Below the pieces are notes generated by a model, which did no database searches, was not told the origin of the DNA, and worked only from the letters and a program-made list of their open reading frames with translations. A DNA stretch of 64,000 nucleotides from a virus (taxonomy: Duplodnaviria; Caudoviricetes). Within the stretch, counting starts at the first letter, position 1. Each line of letters starts with the position of its first letter. Below are positions 52,607 to 63,226 of the stretch, piece by piece. The position numbers and the translations under genes were made by a program. The stretch spans positions 1-64,000 of the IMG/VR virus record IMGVR_UViG_3300028888_000006; one strand, given 5' to 3'.

Positions 52607-55051
52607 CTATTTCTTTGTTCCTGTTCCTCTTGTCCGTGCGATTTGCTTCTGGGCTTCGATCTTCTTAAGCTCGATTTCCTTCTTATCTTTTCGCTCGTCA
52701 TCCTTGGCTCGTAACTCTCTGTCGAACTGTCTGATAGATTCAGCAAGTTTCTCTCTTTCGATATCAAGTTTTTCATGGACTAACTGTTCGTCGTTTTCCT
52801 CTGCATAAATACCAAGACGGAGATACTCTGCCTGGGAGTTGATTTCCGCGACACGGATCTTGGTCTCGTTGTCGCGCTGGTTGAGCGTATCCTTCTGCTG
52901 CATCTCGGCCATCTTCGCCTGCTGTTCAGCCTGGATCTTCTGCTGCTCGATCTGCATCTGCTGCTGCTGGGCTTCCTGCTGCTGCTGCTGAATATCCTTC
53001 TCGGATTTCTCCAGAATTCGCACTTTCTCCTGCATGGAAGTGGAAGAATACATGCGAAGAAGTGCAGAGAACCGCGCACCATTCTGTGCCATCGCCTGTG
53101 CAATTGTCTCAATCTGGGATGACAGTTTTTGCGTATCCTGAGAGTTGTCAACCACGAGGCCATAATCGGACTCGCAGAACTCGTCGCCGTCTATCTCCAT
53201 AATCTTACGGGAATAGTCGGAAAGGATATACTGGAACTTCTTGCTTCTTCCACGGAGAGAAGCCTTCGCATATTCGATGAAGCACTCGATGACGCGTCTC
53301 TTGGTGTCGTCATGCTTCTGGAAAAGCCAGTCTGTGATATAGGAGGACTGAAGGACGGCACGCTCGATGCCGCCAACCGTTTCTCGGTTATAAGTATTGC
53401 CCTCCCGCTGACGATTGATGCCGACTAGATCGGACATGGAATCCTTAGTCCACTGGAGCAGTTCAATGTAATTCTGAATGGATTGACCCCAGTCGGCATC
53501 GATATATCCCTTGCTCGCATTGTTCAGACCACCGGCAAGTTTACCGGTAGCCGCGCCCTTGTTACCTTCGTTAAAGGAGTCCTTGATGAGAACCTTGTTG
53601 GACCGGGCAAAGTAAAGCCACTTCTCAACCTCCCAGTTCTTCGGTTTCATCGCAAGATCCATCTCGAGCAACTTGCCCCAGTTCGTGGCGATAAGGTCCA
53701 CGAGTTTCGCATGGATGGCGTCGTACATATAATTGTACGGCTTCATCATGTCTATAAGGGAATACGGCTTGGACTCGTTGAGATTGTAGATAGTGCCGAC
53801 GATACCGAAGTGGCATCTCGACGGATTGGAAATTGAATTGTGCTGTACAAGGCAAGGACGCATTCCGATATAGATATCCTCACCGATCTTCGTGCCTTCC
53901 CATGCTTCATTAACCCAAAGCACCGTTGCCTCCTCTCCGGAATCCTTGTCAGGGATATAGGTCTCGGGATAGAAATCGAAGACTTCCTCGCCGGTTACGG
54001 GGTCGAAGGACTTGACCTTGTATATCTTTCTCTTGGATTTCCACCAGACATGGATGACGCGGACATTTCCGGCGACATCATACGGAAGAAGGTCGGAACC
54101 TATCGTTCCGCTCAGTTCCGGGAACGCATCGTAGACGAACTCGAGATTGTTACCCTCAACCCAGATACCGTTCTCGCCGGTGATTCTACCGACGAAAGGA
54201 TATGCGTCATTGATAGCGCCCTCGGCTGTAGTAGGAGATGCTCCACCGAATTCCGGAAGGTCATCAGAAAGTTTCTTGATATCGCTCGGGCTCAGCTCAT
54301 CATAATAGAGCTCGACGATCTTTCCGCGAGAAATGTAGTCTTCGTATATAATGACATCCGCATCCTCGACACGATTGGAATAACCGCTGCCGAAGATGCG
54401 AAGTTTGATGGGGTTGAGCCGTTTCAGGAACGGTTCTCCACCCGCAATGCCGCACTGATATATCTCACTGCCAAGACAAGCGTCAACAAAACCATCATTA
54501 AAAGTCTGTTTGAAATTGAGTTCCTTCGAATAATGATGGATGAGTTCGTTCGCACGAATCTCACGCAGGTCCTGCCAGTTATAATCATAGTATTCCTGGC
54601 CTTCCTGAATCTGCTTCTGAGCCTGCTGATCATCGATGGACTGATCCTCGACGATACCCTGCACCATCTGGAAAAACTCCTGCTTCTTGTCTTCCTCTAT
54701 CTGAGAGATGGAATAAGGGTTGGTGACGATGACATGCCAGTCGAAAACGCGTGCGGCTTCCTCACCACGGAGCGTGTTTATCTTGGAGTTGATGATTGGA
54801 TAATGCTGAATCTTGTCAGGAATGAACGCTGAGGCGATATTCCCAGGATTCAGCACTGCGGCTATGTCTTCCATGTGAATGACGCCATTCAGAAAATCGT
54901 AGTTGATCTTCATGCTGACGGCGCTCTTTCTCACCGGAGAGTAATTGAAATATGTCCTATTACATCCCCAGTCCACATTCTTCTTTCTCCAGGAATCGTT
55001 CTTCGCCCTGAAGGATAGCTTCTGGTTGGGGAATGTTGCTCCTAAATCCAT
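52607..55051 (-). CDS. portal protein
   Basis: 814 aa; FPNQKL...K...W, HYPII.SKI..L.GEE, W.NEAWEGTKIG, SLIDMMKPY, GINRQREG; follows TerL. Confidence 0.92.
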   Translation of the reverse strand: MDLGATFPNQKLSFRAKNDSWRKKNVDWGCNRTYFNYSPVRKSAVSMKINYDFLNGVIHMEDIAAVLNPGNIASAFIPDKIQHYPIINSKINTLRGEEAARVFDWHVIVTNPYSISQIEEDKKQEFFQMVQGIVEDQSIDDQQAQKQIQEGQEYYDYNWQDLREIRANELIHHYSKELNFKQTFNDGFVDACLGSEIYQCGIAGGEPFLKRLNPIKLRIFGSGYSNRVEDADVIIYEDYISRGKIVELYYDELSPSDIKKLSDDLPEFGGASPTTAEGAINDAYPFVGRITGENGIWVEGNNLEFVYDAFPELSGTIGSDLLPYDVAGNVRVIHVWWKSKRKIYKVKSFDPVTGEEVFDFYPETYIPDKDSGEEATVLWVNEAWEGTKIGEDIYIGMRPCLVQHNSISNPSRCHFGIVGTIYNLNESKPYSLIDMMKPYNYMYDAIHAKLVDLIATNWGKLLEMDLAMKPKNWEVEKWLYFARSNKVLIKDSFNEGNKGAATGKLAGGLNNASKGYIDADWGQSIQNYIELLQWTKDSMSDLVGINRQREGNTYNRETVGGIERAVLQSSYITDWLFQKHDDTKRRVIECFIEYAKASLRGRSKKFQYILSDYSRKIMEIDGDEFCESDYGLVVDNSQDTQKLSSQIETIAQAMAQNGARFSALLRMYSSTSMQEKVRILEKSEKDIQQQQQEAQQQQMQIEQQKIQAEQQAKMAEMQQKDTLNQRDNETKIRVAEINSQAEYLRLGIYAEENDEQLVHEKLDIEREKLAESIRQFDRELRAKDDERKDKKEIELKKIEAQKQIARTRGTGTKK

Positions 55052-55120
55052 AAATCTGCACAGTTTACATGGCGAATTTATTCTTTAATCCACCACGAAC
55101 TACACAGATAAATGAAACGC

Positions 55121-57370
55121 TTACAGGTCGAAAGCTGATTTATATTGCGGGCCCAACTTCTCAAGATGCCGCTTCCAGTCCTTGTCGAAGAAATCATCAT
55201 CTGACACTTCGTCACCGGTGGATTCGTTTGCGCTCGGGGAGCCGCCATACAACACAATGAAATGTTCTCTGTAAAGCATTACCTGCGCGAGAGCTGAAAC
55301 ACGGTCCGTATTGACTTCCGGAGCATATGAAATCAACTCCTGGAGCAATGCGCGATTACGAAGGCGATACAACTGAGGGACCTCCTCCTGATGGACTTCG
55401 CCGCGTTCATCCTTCACGTCGACAGTGTAAGTCTTGTTCAGCCAGTCTTTGATGAGTCCATTTGCAAAGAAGTTGACACCAGCGTTGACGGTGACACCTT
55501 TAATGGCAGAGCCGAACATCGAATACTTCACGAGTTGCCTTTCGCGAAGATAATCAGGACAGTCTGCAAGCATCCAAGTGCATCTCTTCGTTGCAAAATA
55601 CGAGAACAAGCCCTTCTTATTTGACTCGTACAGACAAGTAGCATTGTAGAATATGCATAACAGTCTTACTATCTCGTAATTGTCATTGGCGAAAGGCTTT
55701 CGTCCAGTATATTCCGCAACTATAGAGTCCGTGAACAAGTCAAAGACGAAGCACGAGAACAACGAAGATGATTCAGCCTGATCATTATCAACCGGGTCAA
55801 CTCCTATGATATACCGATGTGTCGGAATTGTTCCAGAACACGGCATCTCGAATATTTCAAGGGCTCCCTGCTCGGTATTGTCTACGGGCCATTTCCTGAT
55901 GGGAACATCATCTGTCGCCCGGAACTGGACATTCCCACCAACATCCACAAGCGTTCCGACATATACATCATCATAAGCACGCGGATCCATATCCAATTGA
56001 CGGATACGCTCATTCAACATTACGACAGGGAAGAAGTTAGACTTGACCTTCAGGATTGCTTCCGCAGGTGTGATAGGCATCTGGGCGATACGGGAAAGAA
56101 GCGAAGCAGCATCGCCACCCTGCTTGACCATGTACCGCTCCATCAGTATCTCCATCAATGCAGCAACGACATCAGAATTCCCGTCCTTATCCATGCATCC
56201 GGCGCGGGAGATATATGACGGGAAGAAATAGGCGAACTTACTCGAGCCTTTACCTGCTTTGTCGAATACATTCTCCAGAGCATACACCTCATATGCTTCA
56301 GGATTGTACAGCATCGTCTTGATGCCGGAGAAGTCAGACTCCTTATCACCGGCTGTACCGACAGCAATTAACTGGGCGAACACATTCGAGCCTTCCTTCA
56401 CGGAGTCTCGCACATTATCCCAGACCTCCTTGAAGTTCTTATACGAACCCATCTCCTCGAAGTAGATGAAGCCTCGCTTGCCTCGAACTTTACCTTCATC
56501 ATCCTTCACGGATACAGCCATTACCGAATTTAGGGAGCCCTTGATGTTGCCGTTGCTATTCTTATAGCCCATGATCCAGGTCATCTCCGCCTGCGAACGC
56601 TTTACCATCAGCCTTGGAAACTCTGTATTTGCGGCGCAGAAGTCAACCATCGGAGTGAACTTGGATAGCGTTCCGTCCTTCTCGGCGAGATATTCGCGGA
56701 GATACGCAGTAAGAATAGTTGTGACACGCCGCTTATTCTCGCTGTTCTCGCCAAGGAGAAGGTTATGATTCATGTCGCTGGCTATCGTGAAAGACTTGGC
56801 ACAACCTCGACGAGCCAGTTCCATACAATGCAAGCCAAGCATACGCGCCTGCTCGCGATAGTGATAACGATAGTAAATGCCTTCCCAGAAGTCAGGGAAA
56901 TCCTCAACACGGAGATAGATTCCAGATGTCTCAGACTTTCTATTCAACATGATCGGAGAATAGTTCAAGAAGAAATACAGTCTACCAGGAATCCATTCTC
57001 CGTCAGATTCACGGACATATCCGTCGCGACAACGTTTTACTTCTTCAGTAAACCACTTACCATACTCGCTATTAGGATTTGAATTCGGCTTGAGAAAAGT
57101 GTAACATCCATTCTCCTGATAGAACTTCGCAGCAGGACGGAAATAATCCATATCCTCCAGGATATGCGGATGCGTGATGTCAACAATGATTCTGCCTTTG
57201 TCGTCCCTTGGTAAATCCTTTGCTCTTGGTCTTTCACCAATCATCCACTTCAAGAGTGGCACAGTATCAATAAAGTCCAAGAATTGCTCCTGGACCTCAT
57301 CTGGAAAGGTTTCAAGCCACTCAGAAGTAATCGGGGTTTGAAACTTATTCGTTGGAATTATGATACTCAT
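55121..57370 (-). CDS. terL: terminase large subunit
   Basis: ARRGCAKS Walker A-like, IYFEEMG Walker [16 protein letters not shown] nuclease motif, [11 protein letters not shown]. Confidence 0.95.
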   Translation of the reverse strand: MSIIIPTNKFQTPITSEWLETFPDEVQEQFLDFIDTVPLLKWMIGERPRAKDLPRDDKGRIIVDITHPHILEDMDYFRPAAKFYQENGCYTFLKPNSNPNSEYGKWFTEEVKRCRDGYVRESDGEWIPGRLYFFLNYSPIMLNRKSETSGIYLRVEDFPDFWEGIYYRYHYREQARMLGLHCMELARRGCAKSFTIASDMNHNLLLGENSENKRRVTTILTAYLREYLAEKDGTLSKFTPMVDFCAANTEFPRLMVKRSQAEMTWIMGYKNSNGNIKGSLNSVMAVSVKDDEGKVRGKRGFIYFEEMGSYKNFKEVWDNVRDSVKEGSNVFAQLIAVGTAGDKESDFSGIKTMLYNPEAYEVYALENVFDKAGKGSSKFAYFFPSYISRAGCMDKDGNSDVVAALMEILMERYMVKQGGDAASLLSRIAQMPITPAEAILKVKSNFFPVVMLNERIRQLDMDPRAYDDVYVGTLVDVGGNVQFRATDDVPIRKWPVDNTEQGALEIFEMPCSGTIPTHRYIIGVDPVDNDQAESSSLFSCFVFDLFTDSIVAEYTGRKPFANDNYEIVRLLCIFYNATCLYESNKKGLFSYFATKRCTWMLADCPDYLRERQLVKYSMFGSAIKGVTVNAGVNFFANGLIKDWLNKTYTVDVKDERGEVHQEEVPQLYRLRNRALLQELISYAPEVNTDRVSALAQVMLYREHFIVLYGGSPSANESTGDEVSDDDFFDKDWKRHLEKLGPQYKSAFDL

Positions 57371-57801
57371 AGTCCAGTGCTACCAAATCCTCCACTACCT
57401 CTGCCGGTTTCATCAAGATCATCAACCTCCACCCATTCAACTCTCTCGTATTTGGAAACAACAAGTTGTGCTATCCTATCTCCATTATTTATTGTAAATG
57501 GTTCTGTAGAAAGATTAACAAGTATAACTCCAATATTACCACGGTAATCGGCATCAATAGTTCCAGGCGTATTCAAAACAGTAATACCGTGTTTTGCGGC
57601 GAGTCCGCTTCTCGGTCTTACTTGTGCTTCGAAACCACGAGGAAGAGCAATCGACAAATCAGTCATCACGACTTTTCTCTCAAGACTCCGAAGCGTTACC
57701 GGCTCATCTAAAACAGCACGCAAATCCATTCCGGCAGATTGCTCTGTGGCATATTGAGGAGCCGCTGCGTCAGGATATAGTTTCTTATATTTAATTGTCA
57801 T
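57367..57801 (-). CDS. dut: trimeric dUTPase
   Basis: [38 protein letters not shown] motifs. Confidence 0.97.
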   Translation of the reverse strand: MTIKYKKLYPDAAAPQYATEQSAGMDLRAVLDEPVTLRSLERKVVMTDLSIALPRGFEAQVRPRSGLAAKHGITVLNTPGTIDADYRGNIGVILVNLSTEPFTINNGDRIAQLVVSKYERVEWVEVDDLDETGRGSGGFGSTGL

Positions 57802-57818
57802 ATAATCAATAAGTTAGG

Positions 57819-58340
57819 TTACACGTCCTCGCCAACAGCCTTACTCGAATTTCCTCTTGCTTTGTCATCTGTTTCGAAATCCTTTGCCAGCGACTTCTCT
57901 GCTTCAACAAGCGCCTTCGACAATTCCGGAATCTGCTTAAGCGCATTAGTCATTGCGGCAACGGTCTTGTCAGAAAACGTTGTTTCGCCGAGGAACGTGC
58001 TCAACTTGTCAATTCCCTTTCTCATCCCTTCGAGAAGAATGGCCGCAGAGGTTATAGTCTGTTTGCGATAAATTGTCATAGCGTCACGAAGAAGTTCCGG
58101 CGGATTCCAGTCTTCGCCGAGACCTTCCTGCATCTTTATTTCTTTCGCCCGTTCTTCTTCATTAACGAGATACATGTACGAACTTCTCGGATCGCACATG
58201 AACCAGAGATATGATATCTGCTTCCAGAACTCCTCCTTCTTCTTGGATTTGTCTTTCTGGAACAGCTCGCGAATTGGCCTGACGAGAAGAGCCTCGTCAG
58301 CAATCTTGAATTCCATTCCGTCAAATTCAATCAGTTTCAT
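57819..58340 (-). CDS. conserved crAss-like protein, putative terminase small subunit
   Basis: DKSKKKE....ISYLWFMCDPRSSY; helical; upstream of TerL. Confidence 0.55.
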   Translation of the reverse strand: MKLIEFDGMEFKIADEALLVRPIRELFQKDKSKKKEEFWKQISYLWFMCDPRSSYMYLVNEEERAKEIKMQEGLGEDWNPPELLRDAMTIYRKQTITSAAILLEGMRKGIDKLSTFLGETTFSDKTVAAMTNALKQIPELSKALVEAEKSLAKDFETDDKARGNSSKAVGEDV

Positions 58341-58509
58341 ACAGGTCTTTCATTATTTCGCGGTTAAGAATATCCATAGCAATAACGCTGTGGTTTCTCA
58401 GTATTTCCCGGTCAATTTCAGGCATATTACGATAAAAGACAAAGCAAAGCGAATATGCGGCATATATATCGCCAGTCATTGCGAATCTAAGGCAATCAAT
58501 AAGTTTCAT
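58327..58509 (-). CDS. small hypothetical protein
   Basis: ORF track; overlapping-coupled in the operon. Confidence 0.45.
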   Translation of the reverse strand: MKLIDCLRFAMTGDIYAAYSLCFVFYRNMPEIDREILRNHSVIAMDILNREIMKDLYETD

Positions 58510-58687
58510 GTAATTGCTTTCTTATAGCTTCGTAAAACATCGACAAAAGTCTTTCTCCGCCTATGACTCCTGGAGCAATCTCCCACAATCCCTCTCCAAT
58601 CTTCCTTGGGTAAGGATTGGCAGAAAAAACTTGTTTCGCTGCTTCCTCTATCTGTTCGAGAGACAAAGGTTTATATCTTTCCTTCAT
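58496..58687 (-). CDS. small hypothetical protein
   Basis: ORF track; overlapping-coupled. Confidence 0.55.
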   Translation of the reverse strand: MKERYKPLSLEQIEEAAKQVFSANPYPRKIGEGLWEIAPGVIGGERLLSMFYEAIRKQLHETY

Positions 58688-58835
58688 TTTGCTTGTAGGT
58701 TTCCATTAATTCCTGTGCGAACAGAGAACATTCACGAGACACTTCGGTGAGCAAATCTACTGGAATTTTCTCCTTGTACTCGATTATCTTATCCCATATT
58801 CTGAAAATATGAGCCGCCGCCTCGCTATACTTCAT
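58671..58835 (-). CDS. small hypothetical protein (54 aa)
   Basis: Hand-translated MKYSEAAAHIFRIWDK...; fills the gap with ATGA coupling. Confidence 0.5.
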   Translation of the reverse strand: MKYSEAAAHIFRIWDKIIEYKEKIPVDLLTEVSRECSLFAQELMETYKQNEGKI

Positions 58836-59116
58836 CGCTCATTCTTGTTATATTTCCCCTCTCGCTTATCATAACAATCCTTCTTTGCGGATGTCGAAGA
58901 TTTCATCGGAGAAGAAGAAGAAACGGAAATCGGCGTAAGGCAAAAAGTTCTCGACGGTTCGACGACAACAGCGCCATAAGAAGAAGCAGAAATAATCTTC
59001 CTTAAATTGACAACTTCATTGGAAAGCCGAATGTTATCGCTAATAAGGTCATCAATCCTATTCTCCATTTCACTGAAGGAGTCCCCCGTCTGCCCCGTCA
59101 AATTCTTCCACGACAT
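58832..59116 (-). CDS. hypothetical protein (short coiled coil)
   Basis: ORF track. Confidence 0.45.
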   Translation of the reverse strand: MSWKNLTGQTGDSFSEMENRIDDLISDNIRLSNEVVNLRKIISASSYGAVVVEPSRTFCLTPISVSSSSPMKSSTSAKKDCYDKREGKYNKNER

Positions 59117-59474
59117 ATTCTATATCTCTGTCCTGAATGAACAAATACTCTACATCATTGATTACGATGAGAGGAATCTCGTAAGTGATACTAAGATTGT
59201 CTGACTGTATATTTTCAGCCTCATCTATTGCTCCGGGAATATGTTTCGCCTTTGCGTAACGGGAGAAGTTAATCTTTACTACATCCCCTTCCTTGATATC
59301 TCGGACTGTCCCGCCGACAGCGTATACCCTTTGGAACGGATTCATCGAACCGTCAAGCTTTCGCGTATCAATGATAAGACTTCCCTTGGAGGCATACTGT
59401 TCACCTTTGTATCGAACTGCCGTAGTGATGACGCCCGTAAACAGAGGGCGAACTTTTTTAATGTTGAATGACAT
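59070..59474 (-). CDS. GroES-like co-chaperonin
   Basis: VRPLF..VI, V.AVG..V.DIKEGDVV and YLFIQDRDI.YVV match the cpn10 pattern. Confidence 0.65.
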   Translation of the reverse strand: MSFNIKKVRPLFTGVITTAVRYKGEQYASKGSLIIDTRKLDGSMNPFQRVYAVGGTVRDIKEGDVVKINFSRYAKAKHIPGAIDEAENIQSDNLSITYEIPLIVINDVEYLFIQDRDIEYVVEEFDGADGGLLQ

Positions 59475-59599
59475 AGTTAAATTTTTAATAAAGTGCCGGT
59501 GCGGAACAAATAAGTACTACATGTATGGAACCCTATCGTGATTTCTGAACCGACGACCGCTTCGGTAATTCACATCAGCGTTTTTCCGGCACTATGGTT

Positions 59600-60061
59600 T
59601 TACTTTTTTGGAATGACCTGTCGGGCTGATTTCTTTCCATCCTGCCCGACAAGCCAGACTCTTTCATACATTTCATTTCCTCGTTTCTTCTCGAGAGGAG
59701 GAGGAGTCTCACCGGAGAGAATCGCAGCAGCCGTGGATTCGATGTCACTCTGTGTCCTTCTGCTCCGGTAAGAACTCCTGGGAGCCATTTCGATTTGCTG
59801 CGACTCGTTGGCTCTCCACTTGAGATAGTTACTGTAAACCGGTCCAATCCTTCCAATGAATGGAATGTGCCTCACCTTGACATATTCTTCGAACTTGTCC
59901 TTCGAGAATATCTTCCTCGGATTATCGAAGGGAAGAGACCTCGCATCGGCAAAAACAACCTCAAAAAAGGATGCGAGGATTCTCTTCACTTCTTCCTCAG
60001 ATACATCATGGCGTGAGGATATCTTCCTGTATCTCTCGTATTCCTTACGGTTCCTACCCAT
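59600..60061 (-). CDS. HU/IHF-like DNA-binding protein
   Basis: KISSRHDVSEEEVKRILASFFEVV helix pair and IPFIGRI. Confidence 0.55.
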   Translation of the reverse strand: MGRNRKEYERYRKISSRHDVSEEEVKRILASFFEVVFADARSLPFDNPRKIFSKDKFEEYVKVRHIPFIGRIGPVYSNYLKWRANESQQIEMAPRSSYRSRRTQSDIESTAAAILSGETPPPLEKKRGNEMYERVWLVGQDGKKSARQVIPKK

Positions 60062-60449
60062 TGTTTATGGGATTGGACTTGGACGACCAGTCAAAAACGA
60101 TGCACAACATGAACCTCGGGTCTTCCGTCATGTGCGGGATATAAACGCTGTTAATATGCCCGTCGACCAGAAATTCGGAAGAACGCAGTTTTCCGAGAAT
60201 CATCTGGAAATGAGCCTGAGACATACCAAGCGATTCGCGCATGTCCTTTCTCGAGTTCTGCGACCAAAGCACTTCGCGAAGAACTTCCGGATCCGGAATG
60301 CTTTCCTTCAGCTTGAAATACTGGATTAGTATCCGAGCCGCAACATCCTTCTCCCGTGAAGACAGTTTCAGCGATGGAAAGAACTCAAGAAGCGCACGAA
60401 AGAACGAGGTTTCTGTGCATTTCTGCGCTATGAAGTTATTCGGCTTCAT
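60054..60449 (-). CDS. winged-helix-like protein
   Basis: LSSREKDV...KDMRESLGMSQAHFQMILGKLRSSEFL. Confidence 0.6.
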   Translation of the reverse strand: MKPNNFIAQKCTETSFFRALLEFFPSLKLSSREKDVAARILIQYFKLKESIPDPEVLREVLWSQNSRKDMRESLGMSQAHFQMILGKLRSSEFLVDGHINSVYIPHMTEDPRFMLCIVFDWSSKSNPINNG

Positions 60450-60747
60450 CGGGTTTCTCCTCGGATTGCGCCTGGTTCATCGCCTTGTCAAAGGAATACA
60501 GAGCGTCTTCGATGTGCTTGCTGGTCCACTCGACGAACTTGTCGTTGTACATCTCGGGATGCTCCATCACCTTGAACAACATGCTCAAGAAGAACGAAGT
60601 GTAATCGAAATCGCGATTGTTCAGTGCCTCCATCGCCTTCTGATATTCAGCGACGAGCTTCTGATACTGGAGATGCAGTTCGCCGAATCTCTTGGCGAGT
60701 TCATCATAGGACAATTTAGGCTGTCCGGGTTTTTTCTTTTCTTCCAT
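60436..60747 (-). CDS. hypothetical coiled-coil protein
   Basis: KLSYDEL...LFKVME pattern. Confidence 0.7.
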   Translation of the reverse strand: MEEKKKPGQPKLSYDELAKRFGELHLQYQKLVAEYQKAMEALNNRDFDYTSFFLSMLFKVMEHPEMYNDKFVEWTSKHIEDALYSFDKAMNQAQSEEKPDEAE

Positions 60748-60771
60748 AGTCTTACTCTTTAGAATGATATG

Positions 60772-61170
60772 TTATTTTCTTTTCTTAAGTCTTCGTTTCA
60801 GTTTCATGGCTCCACTTCCTCTGGAGAGGGCCCAGTCAAACCATCGTTCGAATTCTTCATCTGGAACGGATTTGTAGTCGAAGAGACCGAAGACACGAAG
60901 ATACGAGATCCCAATCCTGCCCGCCATTCTGTACAAAACCGTTCCATATCTTCTGAATTCATCTTCCGGATCTCCAATTCGTCTGGTAAAATCGAAGCCG
61001 AATCCGTGAATTCTTTCTTCTCGTTGTCCGAGACGGTTGAGGCGCAGAAAGGCTTGGCGTCCGATGGAAGCGTGGTAGTCATTTCTAAATCGGCAATATG
61101 CTTCATCTGCATCCAGGCATCGAATTCGTCCGTAGAAGATTTGTCCATCTCGCCTTACAATTTGTTCCAT
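60772..61170 (-). CDS. hypothetical basic protein
   Basis: ORF track; fills the operon gap. Confidence 0.5.
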   Translation of the reverse strand: MEQIVRRDGQIFYGRIRCLDADEAYCRFRNDYHASIGRQAFLRLNRLGQREERIHGFGFDFTRRIGDPEDEFRRYGTVLYRMAGRIGISYLRVFGLFDYKSVPDEEFERWFDWALSRGSGAMKLKRRLKKRK

Positions 61171-61370
61171 TCAATCTCCTTCCGCTTCTTTTCCCTTCGT
61201 TCCTCCTCGGCGAGCCACTCGTCCATCGTGCATATACCAATGTTCGTGGAACGGCATTTACCGCAGTAGGAGCCGTCCCATCCCTCAAATGCGAGCGAGT
61301 CGTCGACAACGATGCAAAGGGAGTGGCAGCTCCTACAGTAATAAACAAGTCCTTCGTCGAGCTCCTGCAT
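61155..61370 (-). CDS. small zinc-ribbon protein
   Basis: YYCRSCHSL...YCGKCRST (CxxC...CxxC). Confidence 0.75.
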   Translation of the reverse strand: MQELDEGLVYYCRSCHSLCIVVDDSLAFEGWDGSYCGKCRSTNIGICTMDEWLAEEERREKKRKEIEWNKL

Positions 61371-61372
61371 TT

Positions 61373-61516
61373 CTATTCCTCATCAAAGTATGACAACAGG
61401 TATGTGCCGTCAGGAGATGCGAATATGCTGACGATGTTCTCCTTTTTTATGCCGTGATCATTCACGAATTGATTGATTGTCCGCATATCGTTTGCGGCGA
61501 AAGTGAACATTTTCAT
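61373..61516 (-). CDS. small hypothetical protein (47 aa)
   Basis: Hand-translated MKMFTFAANDMRTINQFVNDHGIKKENIVSIF...LSYFDEE; first gene after the promoter. Confidence 0.65.
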   Translation of the reverse strand: MKMFTFAANDMRTINQFVNDHGIKKENIVSIFASPDGTYLLSYFDEE

Positions 61517-61537
61517 AGAAAACTCATTTGGTTACGG

Positions 61538-61545
61538 CAAAGATA
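61538..61545 (-). promoter_or_regulatory. -7 promoter element (TATCTTTG)
   Basis: Canonical TATCTTTGC, 22 nt upstream of ATG 61516 and downstream of a terminator. Confidence 0.75.
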
Positions 61546-61608
61546 ATAAACCGTTTCGTAAAATGAAAACATTTTTGTTTCATTTGTTATAACAGAAATA
61601 GTTACACG

Positions 61609-61634
61609 AAAAAGGAGGACCGTTAAGTCCTCCT
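61609..61634 (-). terminator. intrinsic terminator closing the right-hand cassette
   Basis: Minus strand AGGAGGAC-TTAACG-GTCCTCCT-TTTT right after the stop at 61637. Confidence 0.8.
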
Positions 61635-61636
61635 GA

Positions 61637-62026
61637 TCATCTGCATCCGAGTTCGCAAATCACTTCCGCCAGTGCTTTTGCCGTATCTCCGGAGATATAC
61701 GCTGGTCGCTCCGAATCCAACGGCACCCCGAGAGACTTCGCTATTGCATCCGCGAGATGCCTGACTTCGTGGACGAACGTCGATTGGAACTCCTCCCCTG
61801 AAGTGGTAGGGCCTATCAGGATAACCGCCCTTCTCCTTTCCTGATTGGTATAGGTGAAGCCACAGTTGTACTCGCAGGAAAGCATCAGGTCTTCCGCCTG
61901 TTCCATGATGCTGTTCGGAGCATAGGCATCGTACAAGCAGGCAAGGACGCCCTCGATATCATAGCGCTTTGTACAGAACAGGAAATCTACTGTCCAACGC
62001 CCAATCCCAATGACACGGTGAATCAT
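61637..62026 (-). CDS. HExxH zincin-like protein
   Basis: STFVHEVRHL...SE..AY..G. Confidence 0.7.
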   Translation of the reverse strand: MIHRVIGIGRWTVDFLFCTKRYDIEGVLACLYDAYAPNSIMEQAEDLMLSCEYNCGFTYTNQERRRAVILIGPTTSGEEFQSTFVHEVRHLADAIAKSLGVPLDSERPAYISGDTAKALAEVICELGCR

Positions 62027-62029
62027 CTT

Positions 62030-62431
62030 TTAGATCATATCTGACCAGACAATCGGAACGCCCTTGGCATTGCAGTCGGCGATAAACCTGTCGAAAGCAA
62101 TTCCGGGATAGCCGTCACGATCGTCCAGCAGGTCCTTAACGTATATTGCGGCACGGGCTTCATCCGGGATGGAACTGCCCAAAAAGTCGGAGATGCACAT
62201 ATTGAAGACATAGACTACGTCGTATCCGTTGTCGTTCTCCACGTTGACTCCGTGGACCCGCATAGCTGTCTCGACCTGTTCCTTGGCCCGCATCTTGACT
62301 TTGTTCCCGCTCATATCTCGCATCTTGCTCACCGCCCATTCACACATCTTCTTGGAGAAATGATGGCCATATATGCTCAGGTACGCAGAGTATCCGTCAG
62401 GAAGCAAATCGTAATAATCCATTCTTTCCAT
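62030..62431 (-). CDS. conserved Bacteroidales phage protein
   Basis: YGHHFSKKMCEWAVSKM...YDVVYVFNM..SD...SSI.DE...D.DGY...W.DMI. Confidence 0.8.
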   Translation of the reverse strand: MERMDYYDLLPDGYSAYLSIYGHHFSKKMCEWAVSKMRDMSGNKVKMRAKEQVETAMRVHGVNVENDNGYDVVYVFNMCISDFLGSSIPDEARAAIYVKDLLDDRDGYPGIAFDRFIADCNAKGVPIVWSDMI

Positions 62432-62472
62432 AGTAAGAACAATTAAGGGGCGAGTTTCCCCGCCCCGGTTGA

Positions 62473-62706
62473 TTAACGCATCCGACGCATGGAACCACGC
62501 TCTCGCATGCCGTCCTGTTCGTCGTATTCTTCGCGGCGAGACATTCCGCCACGCTCTGAGTACTCGTCCTCCATCTCCTCCGTGAGTTCACAGATGGTCT
62601 CGAAGGCTTTCATCGCAGCTTTCAGGTGCTTCTTGCCCTCTTTCAGGGCGTCCTTGTAATCGTAGTAATCGTCGCCACCACGCTTAAGGATTCTAACATA
62701 TCCCAT
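62473..62706 (-). CDS. small charged protein
   Basis: Glu/Arg/Gly-rich with MRER C-terminus. Confidence 0.7.
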   Translation of the reverse strand: MGYVRILKRGGDDYYDYKDALKEGKKHLKAAMKAFETICELTEEMEDEYSERGGMSRREEYDEQDGMRERGSMRRMR

Positions 62707-62709
62707 TTC

Positions 62710-63201
62710 TTATTCCTCCTTTGGTTTGGTTCCAAGGATTGCGGAGAGCATCTGCCTCATCTCCACCACCTCGTTTCGAAGCGCGAACAGCTCCCTCGCC
62801 TGTTCCGCCTCCTTCTTCAGCTCCGGATTCAATTCCATCGACAGATGTTCGTAATCGGAATACAGTTTCTGTTTCACCGACACTTGATCCAAGTCCTGCT
62901 TCAATGCGGATTTTGCGGCATCAACCTCACGGATGACAGCGTTCTTATCCGTAGAGATGAACAGTCCTCGGTCCGGAAAATTGGCGACAACCCCATTAGC
63001 AGGAAGACCAGCGAAAGAAAGTGTTTCATCACCTATCTGAACTGAAAGGTCAGTGACAGGCCCATTCATTAGTGCCATCGGCTGCTGCGGGTTGTAAGTT
63101 GGCATGTGCGTATTCACGGAGACGATGCGTCCATCCGCAACACGCGGAGTGTTCTTGAAGAGAATGGAGACAATGCTCCCCTGTGTCAATCCTTGAAACA
63201 T
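62710..63201 (-). CDS. conserved Bacteroidales phage protein (beta N-terminus plus coiled coil)
   Basis: MFQGL.QG...LNPE pattern. Confidence 0.8.
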   Translation of the reverse strand: MFQGLTQGSIVSILFKNTPRVADGRIVSVNTHMPTYNPQQPMALMNGPVTDLSVQIGDETLSFAGLPANGVVANFPDRGLFISTDKNAVIREVDAAKSALKQDLDQVSVKQKLYSDYEHLSMELNPELKKEAEQARELFALRNEVVEMRQMLSAILGTKPKEE

Positions 63202-63226
63202 AATTTCGATAATTAATTGTTAATCT

